NCBI GenBank assembly: GCA_963727445.1
Contig: CAVSGI010000010.1
Location: forward strand, 1,184,001 to 1,248,000
Direction of reading: 5' to 3'
Length of the DNA: 64,000 nt
Origin: an uncultured delta proteobacterium
GTDB taxonomy: Bacteria; Myxococcota_A; Polyangia; Polyangiales; B10-G4
The notes under the pieces were generated by a model, which worked only from the letters and a program-made list of their open reading frames with translations, did no database searches and had not been told where the DNA came from. Below, in pieces: positions 43,014 through 53,553 of the stretch; within the stretch, counting starts at the first letter, position 1, and the number at the start of each line of letters is the position of its first letter. The position numbers and the translations under genes were made by a program.

Positions 43014-44312
43014 AGCAGCTCTCTGTCATTCTCATCCTCCTCGCGACCTCGGGCGCCGTCGCGCTCGCCGGCTGCGGCGGCGAGACCTGCGATCCCAGCG
43101 TCGCCGGGACAATCTGCACCATCGCCGGCAGCGGCAACAACGGCTACGACCGCGACGCCGACACCCGGGCGATCCCGGCCGCCGAGGTCCGCTTCTCGCT
43201 TCCCCAGGACACGCTCACCGCCTCGGACGGCACCCTGTACATCCTCGACTGGAACAACCACCGCCTGCGCAGCCTGAAGGATGACGGGATGATTCGCTGG
43301 GTCGCGGGTCGAGGCGAGCTCGGCGGCACCCTCGACGATCCGGCGAACGGCGACTTCAACCACCCGACCAACATGATCTTCGACGAGGACGAGACGCACA
43401 TCATCCTCGCCGCGTGGCACAACAGCATGGTGCGCACCGTCGACCTCGCGACCAGCATGGTGACGGATAGCTGCGGCGACGGCAACGCCGCGCCTACTTC
43501 GGCGACGAGGGCCCGGCGCTGTCGTCGGCGCTCGATCTGCCGGCCAGCGTCGCCTGGACCCCGGACGGCGACCTGATCGATCATGGATCAGGCGAACCAG
43601 GTGCTGCGCAGGGTCGACTCGGAAGGCATCGTGCACCTGGCCGCGGGCCGCTGCGTCGTCGACGCCGCGCCGCCCAACGGCCCCGGGACCTGCGACGTCT
43701 CGGAGCTCGACCCAGTGTCCCGCCGATCCCGCGGGCAACGTCTCGGGCAAGTGGGTTTGCGGCGACCCGATGGAGTTCTGCTCGCATCCCTGCACGCCCG
43801 GCTATTCGGGTGACGACATCCCGGCGACAGAGATGCGGATCGCGCAGCCCTTCGGCCAGTCCGCCACCCCGGCCGGGCGCATCGTCTACGACGACGCGGG
43901 CAACCTCTATTTCGCCGACACCGGCAACCACCTGATGCGGATGATCGACACCGACGGCATGGTTCACCGGGTCGCCGGGCAGCCGCCGGTCGACGGCGTG
44001 CCTCAGCGCGGAGCGGAGGGCGACGGTGGCCCGGCGCTCGACGCCTTCTTGAACCACCCGGTCGACCTCGCTCTTGGCGACGACGGCACGCTCTACTTCG
44101 CGGACGTGAACAACCACTGCATCCGGGCGATCGACAGCGCCGGCAACATCGACACCGTCGCCGGGGTCTGTGGCACCAAGGGCTACGAAGGCGATGGCGG
44201 GCCAGCCGACGAGGCGCTCCTCAACCTGCCCTTCGGCGTCGAGTTCACGAACGGTGACCTGATCGTCTCCGACACGGGCAACAGCGTCTTGCGCCGCTTC
44301 AGGATCCCCTGA
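43010..44312 (+). CDS. NHL-repeat lipoprotein (apparent frameshifts near 43485, 43579 and 43710)
   Basis: Lipobox LAGC; NHL repeats continue across frames (RAYFGDEGPALSSALDLP, MDQANQVLRR, GDGGPALDAFLNHP). Confidence 0.7.
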
Positions 44313-44773
44313 TGCGTCGTCACACCCTGTCGCTGCTGGCCATCGCCCTCGCGACGGTGGCCTGCAAGGAAGACATGCCCCCCGAGCCCGTCTTCCCCGC
44401 CGACTACGCATCCACCTACACCGAGGTGCGCGACTGCCGCCAGAGCGGCGACCACGACCTCAACGTGGTGCGCGTGCTCGCGGACCCGGTCGCCCTCGCC
44501 GCCTACAGCGATCGGATGGAGCCCTTCCCCGAGGGCGCCACCGTCATCAAGGAAGAGTACGATTTCGGCGACGCGGATTGCGCGGGCCCCATCAAGCAGT
44601 GGACGGTGATGCAGAAGCTCGCGGAGGGGTCCGATCCTTCCAACCTCGACTGGTATTGGGAGCGGGTCGACGCCGACCGCGCGGTGGTCGAGGAGCAGCC
44701 GCCCCGATGCGCCGCCTGCCACCAGGGATGCGCGCCCCCGGAAGGTTACGACGGAACCTGCACAGTCCCCTGA
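44312..44773 (+). CDS. Cytochrome P460 family lipoprotein
   Basis: Lipobox TVAC; FPEGATVIKE, TVMQK, DWYW and C-terminal CAACH heme motif. Confidence 0.75.
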   Translation: MRRHTLSLLAIALATVACKEDMPPEPVFPADYASTYTEVRDCRQSGDHDLNVVRVLADPVALAAYSDRMEPFPEGATVIKEEYDFGDADCAGPIKQWTVMQKLAEGSDPSNLDWYWERVDADRAVVEEQPPRCAACHQGCAPPEGYDGTCTVP

Positions 44774-44791
44774 TCGATCGATGATCGATCA
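44771..44791. terminator. Inverted repeat between convergent genes
   Basis: TGATCGATC-GAT-GATCGATCA, 9-bp arms; no U-tract. Confidence 0.35.
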
Positions 44792-44806
44792 ATCCATCCC
44801 CTGAAA

Positions 44807-45970
44807 TCAGGGGTCGAGGGGCAACATGATCCGGCGGGCGCAGCTGTTCGACTGATCCGCCACGAGGAGCGCCTCACCCTGATCGAGGGAGATGCGGCCC
44901 ACGTGCCCGAAGGCCGCCTCGAGCGCCGGACCGCCGTCGCCGGTGAAGTCGTTGGTGCCGTTGCCGGCGATGGTGTGGATGGTGCCGTCGGGATCGACCT
45001 GCCGGACGCGGAAGTTCTCGCGGTCGGAGATGTAGAGGGTGCCGTCGTCAGCCACGGCGAGACCGTAGGGTTGATTCAGCTGCGCTTCGAGCGCGGGGCC
45101 CTCGTCGCCAGCGAAGCCGGCCTCGCCCGTGCCCACGATGGTGTCGATGGTGCCGTCGGGGGAGAGCGCGCGCACCACGTTGTTGCGGGTGTCGGCGATG
45201 AGCAGCGTGCCGTCGTCCCTGAGGGCGAGGGCCGAGGGCCAGTGGAGCTGCGCCATGGTGGCAGGCCCGCCGTCGCCCGAGTATCCCTCGCGCTCGGTGC
45301 CGGCCACCGTCTGGATCGTGCCGTCGCGGAGCATCCGCACGCGATTGGCGAGGCTGTCGGAGACGTAGATGGTGCCGTCATCAGCGATGGCGATGCCGTC
45401 GAGCTGGATGAAGCGCGCGACGAGGGGATCTTCGAAGTCGCCCTCGTCTCCGCGGATACCGACCTCACCGTCGCCCGCCAGAGTCACGAGATTGCCGTCG
45501 GCGTCGATCTGGATCACCCGGGGATCGTGATAGGAGACGAAGACGAGCAGACCGTCTGGATCCCAGGTGAAGTCGATGGGGTTTTCGAGAGGTGAGTCGA
45601 CGGCCGGAACGCTGGTGTCCGCCAGGGCATGAAAGCCGTTTCCGGCGACCGTCTGAAAGAGTCCGTTCTCGTCGATCACCCGGAGCAGCTGATTGTTGAA
45701 GTCCATGACGTAGATGCGCCCATCGGGTCCGCGGCGGACCGACGACGGCAGGTACATGTCGCTCTCGGTGGCCGGCAGGCCCTCTCGGTTGAAGCCATAG
45801 GCGCCGGTGCCGGCGATGGTGCAGACCACGCCCGGCGCCGGGTCCTCACACGGGCCCGGTCCCGAAGGTCCACAGGCTGCGCAGCCGACCAGCGCGCCCG
45901 TGAGGACGCATCGAAGAAAATGGGAGATTGTGCCGCACTGGGACACGTCCACGAGCGTAGCACCCGGCAT
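44807..45970 (-). CDS. NHL-repeat lipoprotein
   Basis: CAAC lipobox-like motif; GYSGDGGPA repeats; start codon uncertain. Confidence 0.8.
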   Translation of the reverse strand: MPGATLVDVSQCGTISHFLRCVLTGALVGCAACGPSGPGPCEDPAPGVVCTIAGTGAYGFNREGLPATESDMYLPSSVRRGPDGRIYVMDFNNQLLRVIDENGLFQTVAGNGFHALADTSVPAVDSPLENPIDFTWDPDGLLVFVSYHDPRVIQIDADGNLVTLAGDGEVGIRGDEGDFEDPLVARFIQLDGIAIADDGTIYVSDSLANRVRMLRDGTIQTVAGTEREGYSGDGGPATMAQLHWPSALALRDDGTLLIADTRNNVVRALSPDGTIDTIVGTGEAGFAGDEGPALEAQLNQPYGLAVADDGTLYISDRENFRVRQVDPDGTIHTIAGNGTNDFTGDGGPALEAAFGHVGRISLDQGEALLVADQSNSCARRIMLPLDP

Positions 45971-46049
45971 GCCACCCGCCCTCATAGGTCCCGTTTGCCG
46001 CAACGAAAGGTCCATGGAATAAGGCGAGCTTCCTTTCGAAGGGGGCGCA

Positions 46050-47849
46050 ATGCGAAGCGACGCGAATACCCTGCTCGGGCACATCGATTTCTGGGCGAAG
46101 AAGCGCCCCAACGGCGCGGCGCTCCACGCACGGCCGGCGAGTGGCCGCGGCTGGGACGTCACGACCTGGAGCGATTATCAGCGCGACTACCGAACCCTCG
46201 GCAAGGGCCTGATGGCGCTGGGTGTGAAACCAGGCGACGGCGTGGCCATCGTCGGCGCCAATCGTCCCGAGTGGGTGAAGTGTCAGATGGCCACTTTCGC
46301 CGCGGGCGGGCTTCTCGGTCCCATCTACACCACCAACACCAAAGAGCAGACGGCGTACATCGTGAACGACTGCGGGGCCAAGGTCGCGATCTGCGACGAC
46401 GCCGAACAGCTCGCGAAGTATCGCGCCGCCCAGGAAGAGGGCCTGATTGACGTCGAAAAGTTCATCACCATGGACGCGCTCGACGTCGACGACGAGCGGG
46501 TGATGTCCTACGCCGAGCTCATGGCGCTCGGCGAAGCGCAGGACGACTCGGCGCTCGACGCGCGTCTGTCGGCGATGAAGCCGGATGACGTCGCGATGCT
46601 GATCTACACCTCGGGCACCACCGGCAAGCCCAAGGGCGCGATGTACACCCACGCGAACATCGACGCGACCGGCAGCGCCACGGCGGAAGCCTACCCAGAC
46701 CTCTCCGGCGACGACGTTCGTGCCATCAGCTATCTGCCGCTCTGCCACGCGGCGGAGCAGGGAATGATCAACATGGCCGGCCTGAGGCTCGGCGCGAAGA
46801 TCTACTTCTGCGGAGACCTCAAGCAGATCAAGGACCATCTCACCGAGGTGCGGCCCTCCTTCTTCCTGGGCGTACCGCGGGTGTGGGAGAAGTTCGAGGC
46901 CGCGTTGCGTGGGCGCTTCAGTGAAGCGACGGGCGTCAAGGCGAAGCTGTTGAACTGGGCGATGAAGACCGAGCTCGCCGCCTTCGAGGAGAGCGCGCGG
47001 CGCGGCTACCGGGTGGAGGGGATCCGCCGCAGCCTCGCCAACCGCCTGGCGCTCTCCAAAATCCGAGAGGCGCTGGGGCTGGACGCCCTCGAGTACGCGT
47101 TCACCGGCGCCGCGCCGATCTCGCGCTCCACCCTCGATTTCTTCGCCTCCATCGGCATCCTCCTCCACGAGGGCTACGGCATGACCGAGACCACGGCCTT
47201 CGCCACGGTTCAACCGCCCAAGCGGCCGCGCTTCGGGACCATCGGCAAGGCGCTCCCAGGCGTGGAGATCCGCATCGCCGAGGACGGCGAGATCATGCTC
47301 AAGGGCCCCAACATGATCCGCGGCTATCACAACCTCGACGAGGAGAGCCGCGAGCTCTACACCGGCGAGTGGATGCACACCGGTGACCTCGGGAGCCTCG
47401 ACTCGGAGGGCTTCCTCGAGATCACCGGGCGCAAGAAGGACCTGATCATCACCGCCGGGGGCAAGAACGTCGCGCCCGCCGAGATCGAAGGGCTGCTCCA
47501 AGGCATCCCCGGGGTCGGGCAGGCGGTGGTGGTGGGCGACCAGCAGCCCTACCTCTGCGCGCTCCTGGTGCTCGATCAGGAAGCGCTCCCCGAGCTCGCG
47601 CAGGCCTCGGGCGTGTCCATCTCCTCCACCTCCGACGCCGCGAAGAACGACGCGATCCGCAAGTGGTTCGATGACCGCATCGCCGCCGACTGCAACGGGA
47701 AGCTGGCGCGCTATCAGACCATCAAGAAGTTCGAGATCCTCCCCGAGCCGTTCAGCGTCGACGGGGGCGAGCTGACGCCGACGATGAAGGTGAAGCGCAA
47801 CGTCGTTAACGACAAGTACAGGGCGGTGATCCAGCGCTTCTACGCGTGA
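46050..47849 (+). CDS. Long-chain fatty acid--CoA ligase (AMP-binding)
   Basis: YTSGTTGKPKG, SYLPLCH, GVPRVWEK, EGYGMTE, HTGDLG and GRKKDLIITAGGKNVAP motifs. Confidence 0.92.
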   Translation: MRSDANTLLGHIDFWAKKRPNGAALHARPASGRGWDVTTWSDYQRDYRTLGKGLMALGVKPGDGVAIVGANRPEWVKCQMATFAAGGLLGPIYTTNTKEQTAYIVNDCGAKVAICDDAEQLAKYRAAQEEGLIDVEKFITMDALDVDDERVMSYAELMALGEAQDDSALDARLSAMKPDDVAMLIYTSGTTGKPKGAMYTHANIDATGSATAEAYPDLSGDDVRAISYLPLCHAAEQGMINMAGLRLGAKIYFCGDLKQIKDHLTEVRPSFFLGVPRVWEKFEAALRGRFSEATGVKAKLLNWAMKTELAAFEESARRGYRVEGIRRSLANRLALSKIREALGLDALEYAFTGAAPISRSTLDFFASIGILLHEGYGMTETTAFATVQPPKRPRFGTIGKALPGVEIRIAEDGEIMLKGPNMIRGYHNLDEESRELYTGEWMHTGDLGSLDSEGFLEITGRKKDLIITAGGKNVAPAEIEGLLQGIPGVGQAVVVGDQQPYLCALLVLDQEALPELAQASGVSISSTSDAAKNDAIRKWFDDRIAADCNGKLARYQTIKKFEILPEPFSVDGGELTPTMKVKRNVVNDKYRAVIQRFYA

Positions 47850-47853
47850 GTCG

Positions 47854-49996
47854 TCAGAGGCGCTCGTCGCACCCGATATCCGGCATCGATGTATCCCGGG
47901 TCTCGCCGTCGAAGTCGCGCATGGGGATGACCATCGGGTCGGCGTTGCCATTGGCGGGCGAGCCGTCCTCGGAGATGTGCCCGTCGGGGGAGATCTGTGG
48001 GTCCGAGGCGAGCAGGTTTCCCGGTCCGAAGGTCGTCGTCAGGAGGGTCACGGCATCCGAAGCCAGCATGTCCGGGCTGATCCACCGCGCGCATCCGTAC
48101 AGGACGCTGTTGCTGAGGACCCGCGCCCTGAAGCCCGCCTCTTGGAAGTACGCGCCGCCCACGCCCGGCCGGCACAGGAAGATGTCGTTGCGAAAACGAG
48201 CTTCGGTCTCGCTCAGCGTGGTGCTCGACGCGCTACCCAACCTCACGAGGACCGGTCCCGATCCCGACGACATCATGGGGGTCGGCACCGCGTTGAAGGT
48301 GTTCGAATCGACCTGCGCCGGAAACGTGGCGGCCTCACCGGAGAACGCGAACGCGAGCCCCACGGACTGTCCAGACACCGTGATGAAGTTGTTGGTCATC
48401 TGGACCTCCGTGTCCGTAACGGCGATCGCATAGTGCTCCTGGGCCGCCGTGTGCGATGCGAGCTCGTAGACCCGGTTCGCGTCGATGACCATGGGATCGG
48501 CGCCCTCGATCAAGACGCCTCTGCCGGCCCCGGCGACCGCGCCGGATCGAATCTCGTTATCCATGAGAGAGCCCGCGACGCCCGAGTGATACTCGACCGC
48601 GCTCACGAAGCTCGACGTATCCGCGGTCACGCCCTGAAGAAGGCTCGAGGCGATCTCGCAAGTCGTCCCCGATCCTTCGCAGACCATCCCCACGTAGCGC
48701 GCGCCCGGAGTCGCGGCGGTAGCGGATGCATAGAGCGAACGGAGGCTGGAGGCCATGAGCCTCGTCCCGTCCCTGGCCGCGAGCCCGTAGACCAAGGGTC
48801 CCTCGCCGCCCCCGATGGTGCCGACGTTCGTGAGGTTCGCGTTCCGCGTGCTGACGAGCACGAACCCCGCGGAGACGCTCCCCGACGTTCCGCCGAGGAC
48901 CGTCCCGACGTCGTGGATGTCGAGCCCGTCCACGTTGAAAGCGCTCACGCCTGTCGATTCGCTCGTCCCCGCCATGGCGGTGATCGTTCCGACGTTCTGG
49001 ATGATCGCGCTCTGATCATTCGTGAGGGAGATGCCGAGGCTGCGATCCCCCTCACCGCCCTCGATCACCGCGACCCCGTCGACGCGGAGATCGTGCGTCA
49101 TCTCTGCCGCGATCCCCACGGCATTCCCGGACGCGTGCCCGCCGCTGATCCGTTCGACGCCGAGGAGCTGGGCCTCGCGCTCGCGCAAGTACACGGCGAT
49201 GGAGACCGTCCCGAGCGCGGTGCCGCCTGGCGGGGATGCGCCCTCGACCTGGCCGCCGTCGATGACGACCACGCCGTCCCCGGGAGGCGCTGATACGCCA
49301 TAGGCGCGGTCGGCCTGACCCGGGCGAACGATCGAGCCCCGGACCGTCCCGCCCCCCTCGAAGAGAACGCCGACGCTGGTGGCGCCGACGGCGTCGGGAC
49401 CCACGATGGTGAAATTCGACAGAGTCGTTCCGCGACAATCTCCGGTGCGGAAGAGCACGGCCTCGTTGACCACTCCCGAACCGCCGACCGGCGCGATCTT
49501 CGTGACGCACGCGGGGTCTTGCGCCCAACTCGCGCCCTCGGCGCGGAAGCCGCCCGTGACGTTGATCCCATCGGACATGTTGACCCGCTCGCCGTAGCGG
49601 GTCGCCACGCAGACGCCGCCCTCGACCTCGGCACCGACGCAAACGGACCCGCCTCCCTCGCGCTCGATGTCGCTGATGGCCACGTTGATCGATCCCATCG
49701 GCGTGCTCGCCGACCGCCCATCTCCGGTCGCATTTGCGAGCACGTACCGGTCGCAGCCGCAGTCGTCGTCGATCAGCCCGTCGCAGTCGTTGTCGAGGCC
49801 GTCGCAGATCTCGGCCATGGGAATACAGGCCGCGTCCCCGGCGTCGTAAGCCGCATCGCCGGCATCCCCGACACCTCCGTCACCGACGACGCCCCCGTCG
49901 CCGCCGCCGGCGGCATCCCCGATCGAAGGCCGGATCGGAATCCAGCAAGAGCCCGCACCCTCCGAGGAACAACGCGATGGGGAGCAAGCGGTGCAT
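47854..49996 (-). CDS. Lipoprotein with Cys-rich CDGLDNDCDG motif and beta-helix domain (frameshift near 49920)
   Basis: Signal/lipobox MHRLLPIALFLGGC lies in another frame from ATG 49996; the body has EICDGLDNDCDG, Gly-rich beta repeats and a C-terminal DFDGETR...PDIGCDE. Confidence 0.7.
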
Positions 49997-50078
49997 TCGA
50001 CCACGATACCTCAGTTGCACAGGGACCACACGATGGGACGGCTGGCACCGGCACCGGCTCGGCGCTACGATCTCCTTC

Positions 50079-50642
50079 GTGAGGCTCCGCTTACGTCGTG
50101 CCCGTACGGACGACGCTCGCGCCATCGCGCGCGTGCACGTCTCGAGCTGGCAGCACGCGTATTGGGACCTGTTGCCGCGCTCGTATCTCCGGGGCTTGAC
50201 GACGCGCGGCGTCGGCACCTCCTGGCGCCGGAGGTTGGCGGTGAGCCCGCCGGGCGAACAGGTGTGGGTCGCGGTTGTGGAGGGAACCGTGGTCGGCTTC
50301 TGCGCGGCGGGCCCCGCACGCGACAACCGCGCGTGGAAGGGCTACGCGGGAGAGGTCACCTATCTCTACGTCCACCCTGCGATGCTCGGTCGCGGGGTCG
50401 GCTTCGCCCTGATGCAGAAGGCGCTGCGCGAGCTGGAGCGCCGCGGCTGCGTCTGGGCGGAGGTCGCGGTCCTCGAGCAAAACGCCCGTGCGCGCTCGTT
50501 CTACGAGCGCCTGGGGCTCCGCTTCGGGGGCGCGCGCTGGATGGACCAGCGCTTCGGGGTGAACGTCGTCCGGCACGAGATGGCGCTCAATCCGGTGGTC
50601 GACTTCGCGGAGCTGCGCTGCACCGCCACCCGTCCCCGCTGA
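50079..50642 (+). CDS. GNAT family N-acetyltransferase
   Basis: IARVHVSSWQHAY, VVGF, LYVHP-xGRGVG and NARARSFYERLG motifs. Confidence 0.88.
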   Translation: MRLRLRRARTDDARAIARVHVSSWQHAYWDLLPRSYLRGLTTRGVGTSWRRRLAVSPPGEQVWVAVVEGTVVGFCAAGPARDNRAWKGYAGEVTYLYVHPAMLGRGVGFALMQKALRELERRGCVWAEVAVLEQNARARSFYERLGLRFGGARWMDQRFGVNVVRHEMALNPVVDFAELRCTATRPR

Positions 50643-50745
50643 TCCAACTCGGGTAGTGCCTGGTCCAAGGCCCGACGTGCGAGGCGGCCGACGAACGAGC
50701 GAGAACACTTCTACGTCATTGGACCAGGCACTAGACTCCCCGGCC

Positions 50746-51648
50746 GTGGAACAAGCCCCTGTCCTCGAGCTCCACGCGCTCACCAAGCGATATGGATCGG
50801 TCGTCGCGCTCTCGGGGCTGGACCTCAGCGTCGCGGCCGGCGAGATCTACGGGTTCCTCGGTCGTAATGGCGCCGGGAAGTCCACCGCCATCCGCGCGGT
50901 GATGGGCATCACCCACCCCACCTCTGGCACGGTTCGCCTCTTCGGTGAGGAGGTGACGCGCCAATCGCACATCGCGCTCAGGCAGCGGGTCGGATACGTC
51001 GCGCAGGATCAGACCTTCTACGGCTGGATGACGCCCAAGACCCTCGGCCGATTCGTGCGCGGGTTCTATCCCACCTGGGACGACGCGAATTACGCGAACC
51101 TCCTCCGGCGCATGGATCTGCCCGAGGACCGGCGCGTCGGCACCTTCTCCGGCGGGATGAAGGCGAAGGTGGCGCTCGCCCTGGCGCTCGCCCACTCCCC
51201 GAGGCTGCTTGTGCTCGACGAGCCCACCGCAGGGCTCGACCCGGTGGCGCGACGGGAATTCCTCGAGATGATTCGCGACGAGGCCGCGCGAACGGGTGCC
51301 ACCACCTTCTTCTCGACACACCTCATCGACGAGATCGACGTCGCCGCCAATCGCGTCGGGATCGTGGATGGCGGCGTCACACGTTACGAGGGCACGGTGT
51401 CCGACCTGATGGCGCGCCACCGCCTCGTCGCCATCGTCGACCCGGAAGACACACAGCCCGCGCCGCCGGCCCTCGCCAACCCCGCCGCCTTTCGCGTCGT
51501 CGCCCAGAGGTGGCACGGCACCGAGAAGCGCATGCTGGTCGAGGCCGCCGACCCCGCCGCCTGGAGCCAGATCGACGTGCGACCCTGGCAGATATCCAGC
51601 CTCCCCCTCGAGGAGCTCTTCATCGAGATGGTGCGGAGGCCCATGTGA
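50746..51648 (+). CDS. ABC transporter ATP-binding protein
   Basis: Walker A GRNGAGKS, FSGGM signature, LDEPTAGLDP, STH. Confidence 0.93.
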   Translation: MEQAPVLELHALTKRYGSVVALSGLDLSVAAGEIYGFLGRNGAGKSTAIRAVMGITHPTSGTVRLFGEEVTRQSHIALRQRVGYVAQDQTFYGWMTPKTLGRFVRGFYPTWDDANYANLLRRMDLPEDRRVGTFSGGMKAKVALALALAHSPRLLVLDEPTAGLDPVARREFLEMIRDEAARTGATTFFSTHLIDEIDVAANRVGIVDGGVTRYEGTVSDLMARHRLVAIVDPEDTQPAPPALANPAAFRVVAQRWHGTEKRMLVEAADPAAWSQIDVRPWQISSLPLEELFIEMVRRPM

Positions 51649-53553
51649 GGCGACTCGGGGCGCTCGTCGCCAAAGAGCTGAGACAGCACACGCTGGCGGT
51701 GATCGGTGTGGTGGTGCTGCTCCTGCCCGTGGTGGGCCTGATGCTCCTCGGCGCGGCGCTCAACCCGCAGAACCTCTCCTACTTCGAAGCGCTGCGCTCC
51801 GGCCTCCTGCTCTTCCTGCCGCTCTTGGGGCTGGTGTTGGGGAACCGCTTGGTCGTGGCGGAGTACTACGGCCGCACGCAGCTCTTCCTCGAAGCGCTCC
51901 CCATCCGTCGATGGGAGCCGGTGACGGTGAAGTACGCGCTCGGGTTGCTCACGATGGTCGGTGCAGCGATGGGCCTGTGGGTCGTGACCGCCGGCTTCGC
52001 GGCGACCGACGAGCCCCTCGATCCGCTCTTCCTCGTGATCCTCTCCATCCGGAGCGTGACCTTCGCGGTGACGATCTGGAGCTTCCTCTTCATGATGGGC
52101 TTCACCGGACGTTTCCGGATGGCGATCTACGTCGCGCTCCTCCTCGCGCTTGTCGCCGCCGGCGAGCTGACGGATCTCGGAGATCGAGCGCTTCGGTCCG
52201 CTCCGGATGGTCGACACCACCCTGCCCTACGAGCGGGTCGAGCTGCCGCTCCGCGCGCTCCTGGAGTGCGCCGGTCTCACGGCTGGCTTCGTGCTCGCCG
52301 CTTACGCGCTCGCCTCGATCGGAGACGGCTCGCTCGCCGAGTCCCTCGCGAAGCGAATGAGCGCGCGGGAGAAGAGCGCGGTGGGTGCCGTGCTCATGGT
52401 AGGGCTCTTCACCTACACGACGGTGCTGGACGAGCGACGCAAGCCGGACCCCTACGCGTTTCCCCCGGGCACGGCGATGGTCGAGAGCGGGCGCGCGCCG
52501 GTGCAGATCGCGTTCACCGACGAGAGCAGCCGCCCGGCAGCCGCGCGCCTCCTCGACATCGTGGACGCGGACGTCCGGGAGCTCGCGCAGAGGCTCCAAT
52601 GGCACGACACGCCGACGGTGCGCGTCTCTCTTCGCGAGACGCTCGACGCAGACACCTTCGAGCCGGTCCATCTGGGCGAGGGAGACGGCGTGCTCGTGCG
52701 CGCGAACTACACGGCCGAGGATCTGGACGAGCTCGGCCTGAGGAGCGCCGTCGTCGAAAGGGCCATCGACGCGCACGTCAACGGCCGCGCCGTCTTCGAG
52801 CCTCAGCGCTTCTTCCTCGAAGGCTATGCGCGCGAAGTGGTGGAGGGCGACGTCCCGCGGAGCGATCGCACGACGCTTCTCCGCGCCCTCTACGCCACGC
52901 GGGACGCGCCCCTCTCGGTGCGCGACCTCGTCCGCTGGAACGAATCGCGCGAGCGATGGGGTCCGGCCGTCGCCGAGGGCGTCGCCGCCGCGGCGGTCGA
53001 CGCGTTGGTCGAGGAGGTCGGCCAGGAGAAGGTCGACGCCCTCGCCCGCGCGCTCTACCGCGAGCCGGTCGGCGACAGCTCCTGGGTGACCGTGCGCGAC
53101 GAGCTCGACCCCTTCTCCGAGGTCTTCGAAGAGCAGACCGGGCTCACCCTCACGGCCTTCGTCGAGCGGCTGAACGCATCCCTCGAATCGCTCCGGGCTG
53201 CGCCGTGGGCCGCGCCCGTCCGCGACATGCCCGCGCTCCGCGCGGACATCGCGGTCGAAAGGGTCGAAGGTAGGCTCCGCGCGATCGAAGCAGAGGTCTC
53301 GCAGCGGTCGCCGCGCGACTCGCCCACCATCGCCACCCTCGTCCACCACTCCCTCGAGCCCCTCGACGATCTGCTCGTCGAGCTCGAGCTCGAGCGGGAC
53401 GACGTCGCGTGGGAGAGCGGCGCACGGAGCGCCTCGGTGCGCCTCGAAGGACGCTATGGGCCCGGCGAGCGCGCGTTTCTCGCCCTGGAGGTCGAGGACG
53501 AGACCCTCCATTGTCCGATACGTCTCCTCGCCGAGCGAAGGACCATCCGATGA
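51645..53553 (+). CDS. ABC-2 type permease with large extracytoplasmic domain (frameshift near 52180)
   Basis: LVAKELR, EYYGRTQLFLEALPI and six TM helices; extra G in CTC-G-GAG-ATC joins the two ORFs. Confidence 0.7.
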
